In this document: piece by piece, positions 30,326 through 39,762 of the stretch | How positions within the stretch are numbered: position 1 is the stretch's first letter | Layout: every line of letters starts with the position of its first letter | From: Candidatus Parcubacteria bacterium | GTDB taxonomy: Bacteria; Patescibacteriota; Minisyncoccia; UBA6257; HR35 | Assembly: GCA_026004535.1 (NCBI GenBank) | Contig: BPJI01000001.1 | Location: 143,915-207,914 of the forward strand | Direction: 5' to 3' | DNA: 64,000 bases | Position numbers and translations under genes: made by a program | The notes under the pieces: model-generated | What the model saw: only the letters and a program-made list of their open reading frames with translations | Told to the model about the DNA's origin: nothing | The model's database searches: none

Positions 30326-32106
30326 TTGATGAAGAAATTCTTTTTCAACCCCGGGGCAAAAGAGTTAAGACAAGTTATTTTAAGAATCAAAACATCTTTC
30401 TTTTCGTTTTTTCTTTAATTTTTCTTTCAGGCTTAATTTATTTTTTCTACCTACAGATTTTCTTTAAACAAAAATATTTAGCTCTTGAAAAAAATTTAAA
30501 GACAATTACTTATTTTGCTTTCCCTCCTCGAGGAAAAATTTTAGATTCCCAAGGAAAAACTTTAGCTGAAGCTGAACTTACTTTTGATGCCTATGTTGAT
30601 TTAAATAAAATTCAACAATTACCATTTCAACTTTCAGGTAAATTTTTTTATCGTGGTAGTCAATTAATTATAAGAGACATTCCTCGAGAGATTGCTTTAA
30701 ATTTTTTAACTAAAAAAATTGATGGCTTAGAGATTGTGCCTTCTTTTAAAAGAGTTTATTTAGGTCATGAAGAGATTGGTAGTCTAATTGGTTATGTTGG
30801 TTTTCCTTCGAAAAATGAAACAAAATATTATCAAGAAGAATTTGTTGGCAAATCAGGTCTTGAATTGGTCTATCAAGATTATCTTAGGGGCGAGTTGGGT
30901 GAAATTGTTTATCAAATTCAAAAAAATAATTTAAGGAAGATAAAAGAAACCCAACCGCAGCCAGGTAAAAATTTGGTTTTAACTATTAATTATGATTTCC
31001 AGAAAAAGGCTTATGAGTTAATTGATGATTATTTAAGAAGAAACAATTATAAAAAAGCTGCTTTTATAGCTTTAAATCCAAATACTGGAGAAATTATTTC
31101 CTTAATTTCCTATCCTTCTTATGACCCCAATTGGTTTTTAACTAATCCAGATAAAGTCAATCAAATTTTGCAAGACAAAAATCAACCTTTGTTTAATCGA
31201 GTCGTGAGTGGTCTTTATGCTCCTGGTTCAACAATTAAATTAATTGTTGCTGCCGGTGCTTTAGAGGAAAAAATTGTTAGTCCAGAGACAGAAATTTATG
31301 CTGCTGGCGAGCTTAGATTACCTAATCCTTATTTTCCTGGTACTTATTCTATTTTTAAAGATAATAAAATTCATGGTTGGACAAATATCTATAGGGCAAT
31401 TGCTGACTCAGTTAATATTTATTTTTATGTTGTTGGCGGTGGTTATCCTTATGCTAATGATAAAATTCCAATCAGACAAGGCTTAGGCATTGAAAGATTG
31501 AATAAATGGTGGCAAAATTTTGGTTTAGGTCAAAAAACAGGCGTTGATTTAAACGGTGAAAAATCTGGCTTTTTACCATCGCCTCAAACAAAAGCAAAGA
31601 ATATTTTTGACCCTACCTGGCGTTTAGGTGATACTTATAATGTCGCAATTGGTCAAGGAGATATTTTGGTTACACCACTTCAAATTGCTTTATGGACAAG
31701 TGCTTTTACAAATAATAAAATTTACCAACCATTTATCGTCAAAAAAATTATTGATGATCAAGGAAAAATTATTTTTGAAAGGCAGTCAAAAATTTTAAAA
31801 GAAAATTTAATCAGCGAAGAAAATTTAAAAATAATCCAGAAAGCAATGAGAATGACAGTTACTCAGGGAACAGCTCAAATTCTTAATGATTTACCAGTTG
31901 CAGTTGCTGGCAAAAGTGGAACTCCGGAAATTTTTGCTAAAAAGAAATTGAATGCTATTTTTACTGGTTATTTTCCATTTGAAAAACCCGAAGTTGTAAT
32001 GACTTTACTAATTGAAGATGTGCCAAGTGGTTCAGTCGCTACTTTACCTTTGTATAAAGAATTAGTCAAAGCTTATCTAGAATCAGAACATGGAAGAAAT
32101 TTTTGA
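30322..32106 (+). CDS. mrdA: Penicillin-binding protein 2 (elongasome transpeptidase)
   Basis: 594 aa; N-terminal TM; SxxK (GSTIKL), SxN (SVN) and KSGT motifs. Confidence 0.85.
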   Translation: MIDEEILFQPRGKRVKTSYFKNQNIFLFVFSLIFLSGLIYFFYLQIFFKQKYLALEKNLKTITYFAFPPRGKILDSQGKTLAEAELTFDAYVDLNKIQQLPFQLSGKFFYRGSQLIIRDIPREIALNFLTKKIDGLEIVPSFKRVYLGHEEIGSLIGYVGFPSKNETKYYQEEFVGKSGLELVYQDYLRGELGEIVYQIQKNNLRKIKETQPQPGKNLVLTINYDFQKKAYELIDDYLRRNNYKKAAFIALNPNTGEIISLISYPSYDPNWFLTNPDKVNQILQDKNQPLFNRVVSGLYAPGSTIKLIVAAGALEEKIVSPETEIYAAGELRLPNPYFPGTYSIFKDNKIHGWTNIYRAIADSVNIYFYVVGGGYPYANDKIPIRQGLGIERLNKWWQNFGLGQKTGVDLNGEKSGFLPSPQTKAKNIFDPTWRLGDTYNVAIGQGDILVTPLQIALWTSAFTNNKIYQPFIVKKIIDDQGKIIFERQSKILKENLISEENLKIIQKAMRMTVTQGTAQILNDLPVAVAGKSGTPEIFAKKKLNAIFTGYFPFEKPEVVMTLLIEDVPSGSVATLPLYKELVKAYLESEHGRNF

Positions 32107-32980
32107 AAAACCAAATTTAAATGAAGAAGAAAAATATTTAATCGAGCCATTTTTTACCAATTTAGATAAATCAGTTTATGGTATTTTGTTTTTGCCTCCA
32201 GAAGTTGTTGGTGCCTTGTGTTCTCGCGCTTCAAGAGCTAAAGAAGATTTGAGAATTGTTTTCCTTAAAGAATTTGTTAAACCATTTTTAGAAACTGAAT
32301 ATGGTAAAAGTTTGAAAAATTTTATTGATTTTTTACACCAACATCCAGCCGAAGTTTTATTTAACAATCCTAAAGCTAGAGAATTTTATATTAAATGGTT
32401 AGCTGAATATGGTGATGATTCAATTGCTCAAATGGCTGGTACTCATTTAGTTTACTCATCTTTATCTCAAATTGCTATTAAGCATATTGAAAATCAAAGA
32501 ATTGGTCTAGCTCCAATTGAAAAATCAACTCGTTATGTTGATTATTCTCTTAAGATTAATAATCATTATCTTTATTTTACACCGCCAGAAATTGAAAAAC
32601 TTGGTTTGAAAGAGGAATATGAAAAAACAATAGACAATATTTTCGAAACTTACATTTTTCTTTTTCAAAAATACCTTGATTACTTAAAGATTAAATATTC
32701 TGAAGAAAAGGAAATTGTTTTAAAAACAAAAGTTTTTGATACGATTAGAATAATTTTACCTTTAAGTACATTAGGACAATTAGCTCTTTTTGGCAATGGC
32801 CAAGCATTTGAATATTTAATTAATAGATCATTAGAGCATCCTTTGGCAGAAATAAGATGGTTAGGTCAAAGGGCTTATGAAGAATTAAATAAAATTATTC
32901 CGGCATTTTTAAGAAGAGTTGAAAAAGAAGAAAGTAAAGAATATAGAAAATATTTAGGCTCAAAGAAGCCAAAAAATTAG
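32090..32980 (+). CDS. ThyX-like (FAD-dependent thymidylate synthase fold) protein with a degenerate RHR motif
   Basis: GALCSRASRA resembles the ThyX N-terminal AARVSY block; IAIKHIENQRIGLAPIEKSTRY aligns to the ThyX RHR...SGRY block but reads NQR. Confidence 0.4.
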   Translation: MEEIFEKPNLNEEEKYLIEPFFTNLDKSVYGILFLPPEVVGALCSRASRAKEDLRIVFLKEFVKPFLETEYGKSLKNFIDFLHQHPAEVLFNNPKAREFYIKWLAEYGDDSIAQMAGTHLVYSSLSQIAIKHIENQRIGLAPIEKSTRYVDYSLKINNHYLYFTPPEIEKLGLKEEYEKTIDNIFETYIFLFQKYLDYLKIKYSEEKEIVLKTKVFDTIRIILPLSTLGQLALFGNGQAFEYLINRSLEHPLAEIRWLGQRAYEELNKIIPAFLRRVEKEESKEYRKYLGSKKPKN

Positions 32981-33082
32981 AGAAATTCAATTTTGAAGAT
33001 CGATAAGACGCTTAAGACGTCAATACTCTTAAGATAAAGTTAAATTAATCGAATATGATCCCTGAAGGTGAAGATAAGATAA

Positions 33083-33949
33083 TTGCTGGACTTTTGTATC
33101 CTGAAGTCTAAAGAACCTTATGAGAAAATTTTAGCTAAAGTTAAGAAGCCTTTCTTTATCAGAGAAAGAAGAAAGATTTTAGAAAAAGTTTTGAAAGAGA
33201 GAAAATATCGCTGGTATAAAGTGCCTCGAGCTTTTGAAAATGTTTATTTAAGATTTGAAATTTTATTAAATATTGGTGCTTGGCGAGATTTACAAAGACA
33301 TCGAATGCAAACTCAATATCATCAAAAATTTACACATTGATAATGGCTTTGATGTCCCTGAAGAATTAAAAGAAATTGGTTTGGAAGAAAAATTTATCTT
33401 CAGCTATTAAAAAATTAGAAACCTTTTATCAAAAAATTAAAGATCCAGATTTAGCTCAATATGCAGTTAGTTTTGCCCATCGCGTTCGTTTTATTCAATA
33501 TCAAAATTTAAGACAATTTTTTTGGGAAACAGAACTAAGAACAACTCCCCAGGGCCATCCTGATTATCGTAAAATCGAGCAAGAAAAAGCAAAAATAATT
33601 CAAAAAATTTATCCTTTGATTGCTAAATATTTATTAGTTGATTTTCAGGAATATGAATTTGCCCGACGCGAAAGCATTAAAAAAATAAAAGTCAAAGAAG
33701 AAGAATTAAGAAAGATGATATAATTATTTTAGGTCAAAATTAAATTTATTTTTTAAGATGAATAATCATATATATAATTTATTTTCTCAATTGGTTCAAA
33801 ATCGAAGAAGTATTTATCGGATTCAAAAGTTTTATTTAAAAGATGCTCGAGGTTGTAAAAAATGCCTGGATTTTTGGAAGCAAGTTTTAAAGCAAAAAGA
33901 AGCAGAGACAAAAGAACTTATTAATTTAATCAAGGCTCATAAAATCTAA
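33083..33949 (+). pseudogene. Frameshifted fragments of a second ThyX-like domain (RHR motif present)
   Basis: ORF 33083-33340 ends ...GAWRDLQRHRMQTQ...; continuation GFDVPEELKEIGLEEKFIF is in another frame; ORF 33376-33723 is in a third frame; 32981-33082 is stop-rich. Confidence 0.45.
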
Positions 33950-34241
33950 ATTTACTCATCTCCACTACTTAATACCATAGTATTCATATCGGGACAGATG
34001 ATATCCCGATATTTTTCTGAAGCTGAGAACTTGGAAGCTTATCCTAAACTCTACGTGGTTTAGGGTTATTTTCTGTTAGTTCTGTGTTTTATAACAGAAA
34101 AAGATTTCAAACTTAAAACTGGTTCAATTCTCTATTGCTACGTAGCAATGAACTTTTTGCCTTTTTTATTAGAAATTTAAAATTTAAGACGTAAGACGTC
34201 TTAAACATTAATTTATGCTATGAAACTAGGAAGCTGAGAAG

Positions 34242-34343
34242 CTATTTAGTTGCTTCATAAAGAGCCTTTATTTCTTGGTCTGATAAAGCACGATTATAGA
34301 TTCGGACTTCATCGATGAGACCTTGAAAATAGATAGCGCACCT
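34242..34343 (-). pseudogene. Orphan C-terminal fragment of a LamG-domain protein
   Basis: Minus-strand translation ...GLIDEVRIYNRALSDQEIKALYEATK* is the classic LamG/concanavalin C-terminal motif; an in-frame stop lies 8 codons upstream. Confidence 0.6.
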
Positions 34344-34679
34344 CTACGCGACACCTCTACTGTTGCTCCGAGTTTGCAATACAATATGTGAGTATAATAT
34401 TCTTGCTAAATCCTAATTCAATTTTAGATGCCTTATATCCATTGATTAACAACATTTGGCTCCATTAATACTGCAACAGATTAGATATTGGCCGAATAAT
34501 TCACATTATTACACAACTCAGCCAATTCCTGCAACCTTGCATCGCATACTAAATGTAAATATGAAACGCCTACCCACATGCTCTCTTGTATTACAAATCT
34601 ATACCAGTGATCCTAATTGGACAATTTATTAAAGCCATAAAGTCTATCTGGATGCATTAATACTAAGGATTGTAGTATG

Positions 34680-35594
34680 TTATACATAATCATCCACTCC
34701 ATCAAAACTTAAAGCTTTACCTACTTTACCATCAACACATTGAGGTCCATTCATTAAGGTTCCATTATTGTTGTTTCCTGATAAATCTTTAGCAGTACAA
34801 TCATCAAAACTCCAATAACCTACAAGTCCTTGAGCTTGGTCAATTAGTCTTTTGTTTGTTCCTGCTGAATAAAGATGAGGGTAGTTATCATTATCATTTT
34901 TTGAAGCTTGAGATTGAGGATTTTCTAATTGAGCATAGAGGGCATAACTTCCTCCTGCAACAAATGAATAGTAATATGGAGGTTTGTTGATTGGGTCAAT
35001 GAAAAGTCTAGGAATGTTTAAGATTGAGTAGTTTGAAAAAGGAATCGGTATCCACCCTGTACCATCTGTATTCTCTGGTGTTGCTGAGCATCTATATGAG
35101 AAACCTGAAGGTAAAGATGGAAGTTGAGATAACCAAGAGGAACAGTTTGGATTTGAATCAGGTAAGGATATATAGACAACATTTGATGAGGCATATTGAA
35201 GTTCAGAGAAAGTGTAGTCTGTGGCATAAATTGAATCTAACAGTTTTTCAATATTTGATAAATCTGAGACTCTTTTTGTATCTCTACCTTTTTTAAAGAT
35301 ATCTGTTGGTTTGATAACAACTATTAAAACTGTAGCAAGAATTGCAATTAAGGCTAAAACAACCAAAAGTTCAACTAAGGTAAAAGAAGCTTGCGGTTCT
35401 TTTGGTTTGATGAACCAATTCGGTCTTCGCTTATGCTTGAGTTTGAAAGTTTTCATACGGCCTAAACAAATCTTGCTTGTCGAATTTGATCTACATTCTT
35501 CAGAACTTTTTGACCTGAACCAAGTTATTGCTTTGTTTTGAGTTACGGCGTGGTGCTTGGTATTAGATAGTATTTTGTTTTTGTTATTATTCAT
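34680..35594 (-). CDS. Type IV pilin-like N-terminus fused to the start of a LamG domain; 3' truncated
   Basis: ASFTLVELLVVLALIAILATVLIVV prepilin-type helix after a ~68 aa leader; C-terminal LVGYWSFDDCTAKDLSGNNNNGTLMNGPQCVDGKVGKALSFDGVDDYV* is a LamG N-terminal consensus. Confidence 0.55.
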   Translation of the reverse strand: MNNNKNKILSNTKHHAVTQNKAITWFRSKSSEECRSNSTSKICLGRMKTFKLKHKRRPNWFIKPKEPQASFTLVELLVVLALIAILATVLIVVIKPTDIFKKGRDTKRVSDLSNIEKLLDSIYATDYTFSELQYASSNVVYISLPDSNPNCSSWLSQLPSLPSGFSYRCSATPENTDGTGWIPIPFSNYSILNIPRLFIDPINKPPYYYSFVAGGSYALYAQLENPQSQASKNDNDNYPHLYSAGTNKRLIDQAQGLVGYWSFDDCTAKDLSGNNNNGTLMNGPQCVDGKVGKALSFDGVDDYV

Positions 35595-35728
35595 TTTTTT
35601 TAATTATAACACATTAACTTGTGAACTCGTTAATTCGTTAACTTTTGAATCGAATAATCAAATATATGATATAATTATAACGTATAAGAGGCTGAAACCT
35701 AAGAAGCTGAGAAGCTGAAAGATAAATT

Positions 35729-35802
35729 GCCAGGGTAGCTCAGTTGGTTAGAGCACCGCTCTGGTAATGCGGAGGTCACGGGTTCAAATCCCGTCCCTGG
35801 CT
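35729..35802 (+). tRNA. tRNA-Thr (anticodon GGT)
   Basis: gccagggtagctcagttggttagagcaccgctctGGTaatgcggaggtcacgggttcaaatcccgtccctggc. Confidence 0.8.
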
Positions 35803-35879
35803 CAATGTCGTTAATTAAGTTATTGAAATTCAAATTCGCGTAGATCTGCGTTAAAATTCGCGTAGATCCGCGTTAATTC

Positions 35880-36152
35880 GTGAAAATGTCAGAAAAATTG
35901 CAGGAAATTGAAAAAAGACTTCGTACTCTTTTTTCTTTGTGGGTTGATCCTCAAAAGGTCGAAAAATTAGATATCAAGGCTAATGTTGATGAAAGAGGAG
36001 TTTTAGTCGAGATTACTGGGCCAAAAGACGTTTTAAGTTTGATTATTGGTAAAAAAGGTTCAACAATCAATGCTGTTAGAAAAATTACTAAAAGTATTGG
36101 CGGTTCAATTGGAGCAGCAATTTCTTTAAAGGTTAATACTCCTCAAGGCTAA
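35880..36152 (+). CDS. KH-domain RNA-binding protein (KhpA-like)
   Basis: 90 aa; IIGKKGSTINAVRKI GxxG KH motif. Confidence 0.65.
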   Translation: MKMSEKLQEIEKRLRTLFSLWVDPQKVEKLDIKANVDERGVLVEITGPKDVLSLIIGKKGSTINAVRKITKSIGGSIGAAISLKVNTPQG

Positions 36153-36649
36153 TGGATCATCAATTAGCGCTAAAAATTTTAGATGCTATTTTACTTTCAG
36201 CTCGAAGAAAAATTAAATTAAGCACCTTGAAAAATTTTTTTCAAGGTTTTGATTTAGATGAATTAATTAGTTTAGCTAAGCAAAGATACCAAGATTTAGG
36301 TTTTTTTATTTATCGAGACAAGGATAGCTTAGAATTAGTGACTAGACCAGAATTAGCCAATTACTTGATAAATTTTTTTGGTCTTGAAGAAAATGAATTA
36401 GCTCAAGAATTGTTAGAAGTTTTAGCTATCATTGCTTATGGTGGTCCAATTAAACTTGAAGAGATAAATCAAATTAGAAATAAAAAATCAGCCTCAATTA
36501 TTAAGGAATTATTAAATGAAGGTTTAATTAAAAAAGAAAATAAAAATTATAAAGTTAGCGAGAAATTTTTGCATTTTCTTGGCTTTAAGAGTTCAAAAGA
36601 ATTACCTGATTACAATAGATTGAGAAAGGAAATTAAAAGAAAATCATGA
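36152..36649 (+). CDS. scpB: Segregation and condensation protein B
   Basis: 165 aa; LEVLAIIAYGGPIKLEEINQIRN...SASIIKELLNEGLI winged-helix pattern. Confidence 0.75.
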   Translation: MDHQLALKILDAILLSARRKIKLSTLKNFFQGFDLDELISLAKQRYQDLGFFIYRDKDSLELVTRPELANYLINFFGLEENELAQELLEVLAIIAYGGPIKLEEINQIRNKKSASIIKELLNEGLIKKENKNYKVSEKFLHFLGFKSSKELPDYNRLRKEIKRKS

Positions 36650-37482
36650 TCTTTCTTTTTTTGTTTTTAAGTCTCTTTCAGGTTAGTCATCAAGAAAATT
36701 TAGCTTCCCAAGTAAGCGCCGTTTTTGATTTAGAAAATTTTACAGCCGAAAGTAATATAAATCATCTAAATTTAAACGATTTAATAGCTGATTCGGTTTT
36801 AGTTAAAGAAATTAATGGTAAAACGTTATTTAGTTATAATGCTGACAAACAAAAGGAAATTGCTTCGTTAACAAAATTAATGAGCGCTTATATAGGTTAT
36901 CTAATTTATCCGAATGATAAAAATTTTATTTTTACTCCTGAAGCCATAGCCCAAGAGGGTAATGTTGGTTATTTTTATGTTGGTGAAAAAATTAGTCGTG
37001 ATGATATTTTAAAAGCAGGTTTAGTTGCTTCGAGCAATGATGCTATTTATTTATTGGCCCAAGAGTATGGTCTAGATAAGTTTGTTAATTTAATGAATGA
37101 AAAAGCAAAAGAATGGAAAATGTTAAAAACAAATTTTGTTGATCCTACTGGTTTAGGTAAAAATATTTCAACTTCTCTAGATCTTTATTTAATGTTAGTC
37201 AAAATTTATTCCCAGGCTCCTGAGATTTTTGATATTACTCGGCTTGGCAAAATAATTGTTAATGGCAAAATTTTATGGACAACCAATCTTCTACTGGATA
37301 AATATAGGTCAATAATTGTTGGTGCCAAGACTGGTTATAAAGGTTCAGCTGGTGAAAATTTAGCCTTAATTTTAAAATTTAATAAGTCTCCCTTTTTAAG
37401 TGTTATTATTTTAGATTCTAAGGATCGTTGGCAAGATGCTGAAAAAATAATTAAAGCTTTAAAGTATTACTATGGTGAATGA
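36646..37482 (+). CDS. D-alanyl-D-alanine carboxypeptidase (PBP5-like, S11)
   Basis: Signal peptide; SxxK (ASLTKLM), SxN (SSND), KTG (KTGYKG). Confidence 0.8.
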   Translation: MIFLFLFLSLFQVSHQENLASQVSAVFDLENFTAESNINHLNLNDLIADSVLVKEINGKTLFSYNADKQKEIASLTKLMSAYIGYLIYPNDKNFIFTPEAIAQEGNVGYFYVGEKISRDDILKAGLVASSNDAIYLLAQEYGLDKFVNLMNEKAKEWKMLKTNFVDPTGLGKNISTSLDLYLMLVKIYSQAPEIFDITRLGKIIVNGKILWTTNLLLDKYRSIIVGAKTGYKGSAGENLALILKFNKSPFLSVIILDSKDRWQDAEKIIKALKYYYGE

Positions 37483-38509
37483 AGTTTTTTTAAACTTAAT
37501 TAAAATTGTGAGTTTAGGAATTTTAAGTTTTTTGCTTTCTTTATTTTTAGTGCCTTTTTATTTAAAAATAGCCTTGAGATTTAATTTAACCGATAAACCT
37601 CATCGTCAGGATGCTCCAATTGCAACCGAAACTTTAAAAGAAAAAGCAGGTACGCCGACGATGGCTGGAGTAATTATTTGGTTACCACCATTAATTTTAG
37701 CTTTATTAATTTTATTGTTAAAAAATATTTTTGGTAATGTTTTTGATTTTTTAAATTTTGTTAGTCGTCGAGAAACTTATTTATCCTTAGCTGGTCTTTT
37801 TTTAGGAGGAATATTCGGCCTGATTGATGATTTATTAAGACAATTTAATCTGACTGGTTTACGCCGAAGAGATACTTTTTTAATCTATTTAACAATCGGT
37901 CTCTTTTTTGCCTGGTGGTTTATAGCTAAATTAAATTTCAGTTTTATTGATTTGCCTCAACAAAGAATTTATTTAGGTGTTCTCTTGTTTCTTTTATATT
38001 TTTTGTTCGTTTTTTTAGCCGTTGTTCTTTCGGGGGATATTACTGATGGTGTTGACGGACTTTTTGGCGGTTTAAGTTTTTCAATTATTTTAACCTTAAC
38101 TATTTTTGCTTTTTTGAATCAAGATTATAATTTAGCAAGTTTTGGAGCAACTCTTCTGGGTTCTCTTTTGGCTTATTTATGGTTTAATTTTTACCCAGCT
38201 AAATTTTTTGATGGAAATACTGGTTCTTTTTCAGTTGGAATAGCTATCGTCTTAATGTCATTTTTTACTCAAAGTAGTTTGCTTTTGCCTTTATTAGCGC
38301 CAATTTTTGTTCTTGAAGCTGGTTCAGTTATTTTGCAGATTTTTTCAAAAAAAATTTTAAAGAGAAAAATTTTTCTTTCTACCCCGATTCATCACCACCT
38401 CCGAGCTATTGGTTGGCATGAAGCTAATATAACTTTTCGTTTTTGGATTATTAATATTATCGGTTGTTTATTAGCAGGCATTATTTATTTGCTTTTGAAA
38501 TTTATTTAA
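37472..38509 (+). CDS. mraY: Phospho-N-acetylmuramoyl-pentapeptide transferase MraY
   Basis: KAGTPTMAGV, DGVDGL and PIHHHL motifs; polytopic membrane. Confidence 0.85.
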   Translation: MVNEVFLNLIKIVSLGILSFLLSLFLVPFYLKIALRFNLTDKPHRQDAPIATETLKEKAGTPTMAGVIIWLPPLILALLILLLKNIFGNVFDFLNFVSRRETYLSLAGLFLGGIFGLIDDLLRQFNLTGLRRRDTFLIYLTIGLFFAWWFIAKLNFSFIDLPQQRIYLGVLLFLLYFLFVFLAVVLSGDITDGVDGLFGGLSFSIILTLTIFAFLNQDYNLASFGATLLGSLLAYLWFNFYPAKFFDGNTGSFSVGIAIVLMSFFTQSSLLLPLLAPIFVLEAGSVILQIFSKKILKRKIFLSTPIHHHLRAIGWHEANITFRFWIINIIGCLLAGIIYLLLKFI

Positions 38510-39762
38510 TGTCTAGATTAATTATTAAAGGAGGAAAAAAATTAGAAGGAAAGATAAGAGTTAGCGGATCGAAAAATGCTATCTTAACTCTTTTACCAGC
38601 AAGTTTGCTCATTGATGGCCGGGTTATTTTAAAAAATGTTCCTCAAATTAAAGATGTGAATGTTATGATTGAAATTTTAAAACATCTTGGTGCTGAAGTT
38701 CAATTTGTTGATTCAACTTTAATTATTAAAACTAAAAATATCGGTTATCGAGATTTATTGATTGATGAGGTAAAGCTTTTAAGAGCCTCGGTTTTATTTT
38801 TAGGTCCAATTTTAGCTAAATTCGGTAAGATAAAGATTTATTTTCCTGGTGGCGACATTATTGGTGTTCGACCAATTGATGCTCATCTTAAAGGGATGAT
38901 TGATTTAGGAGCACAAATTGAAACCAGCGGCGATTTTCTGGAAGGAAAATTTAGACAATATACCCAAAATGAGATTGCCCTAAAAGAAGTTAGTGTTACT
39001 GCCTCAGAAACATTAATTATGGCTTCAGCCTTATCAAAAAAGCCTATTAATTTAAGATTGGTTGCTTTAGAGCCTCATGTTCAAGCTTTGTGTCAATTTT
39101 TAAAATTGGCTGGTTATGAAATTAATGGTATTGGTACGCATTTTTTAAAAATAAATAGAGGTAGAAAAATTAAAAAAGAGGTTATCTTTGATGTTCCTTC
39201 AGATTACATTGAAGCTGGCACTTTTATGACTTTGGCGCCAATTGTTAAAAATAAAATAATTATCGAAAAAGCACCAATCGAAAATCTAGATGCAGTGTTT
39301 GTTACCGCTAAGGAAATGAATTTAAATTTTGAAATTAAAAACAAAAATATTATTATTAAGCAATCTAAATTAAAAGGAACAAAGATTCAAACAGGTCTTT
39401 ATCCAAAGTTTGCTTCTGATCTTCAGCCACCATTCGGTATTTTAGCCACCCAAGCTAAAGGAGTAAGTTTAATTCATGAATGGATGTATGAAAACAGATT
39501 TGGTTATTTAAGAGAAGCAGAATATATGGGAGCTAATGTTGAGATTTTAGATCCTCATCGAGCCATTGTTATTGGTCCAACACCTCTATTTGGTAAAGAA
39601 GTAAGATCATTAGATATCCGAGCTGGAATTAGTTTGGTTATTGCTGGTTTGTATGCTCAGGGTAAAACAACGATTTATGAAGCTGAAAAAATTGATCGTG
39701 GTTATGAAAAAATTGAGGGAAAATTAACTAATTTAGGAGCTGAAATAATTAGAGAAGACTAA
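38509..39762 (+). CDS. murA: UDP-N-acetylglucosamine 1-carboxyvinyltransferase MurA
   Basis: ATG at 38509 (MSRLIIKGGKKLEGKIRVSGSKNA...); EPSP-synthase fold; the ORF-track start at 38464 is an upstream extension overlapping mraY. Confidence 0.85.
   Translation: MSRLIIKGGKKLEGKIRVSGSKNAILTLLPASLLIDGRVILKNVPQIKDVNVMIEILKHLGAEVQFVDSTLIIKTKNIGYRDLLIDEVKLLRASVLFLGPILAKFGKIKIYFPGGDIIGVRPIDAHLKGMIDLGAQIETSGDFLEGKFRQYTQNEIALKEVSVTASETLIMASALSKKPINLRLVALEPHVQALCQFLKLAGYEINGIGTHFLKINRGRKIKKEVIFDVPSDYIEAGTFMTLAPIVKNKIIIEKAPIENLDAVFVTAKEMNLNFEIKNKNIIIKQSKLKGTKIQTGLYPKFASDLQPPFGILATQAKGVSLIHEWMYENRFGYLREAEYMGANVEILDPHRAIVIGPTPLFGKEVRSLDIRAGISLVIAGLYAQGKTTIYEAEKIDRGYEKIEGKLTNLGAEIIRED

Noticed and set aside
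32090-33723. Alternative genetic code (UGA=Gly/Trp) to heal the ThyX-like fragments
   Set aside because: Confidently identified genes here end in TGA in the expected places (for example the ATGA overlaps at recA/990 and rpsO/NYN). Healing the ThyX fragments would need TAG and TAA read-through plus frame changes as well. Frameshift or pseudogene is more parsimonious.
35018-35541. Track ORFs 35018-35227(-), 35024-35296(+) and 35311-35541(+)
   Set aside because: They overlap the pilin-like gene in other frames, have low-complexity composition and no motifs.
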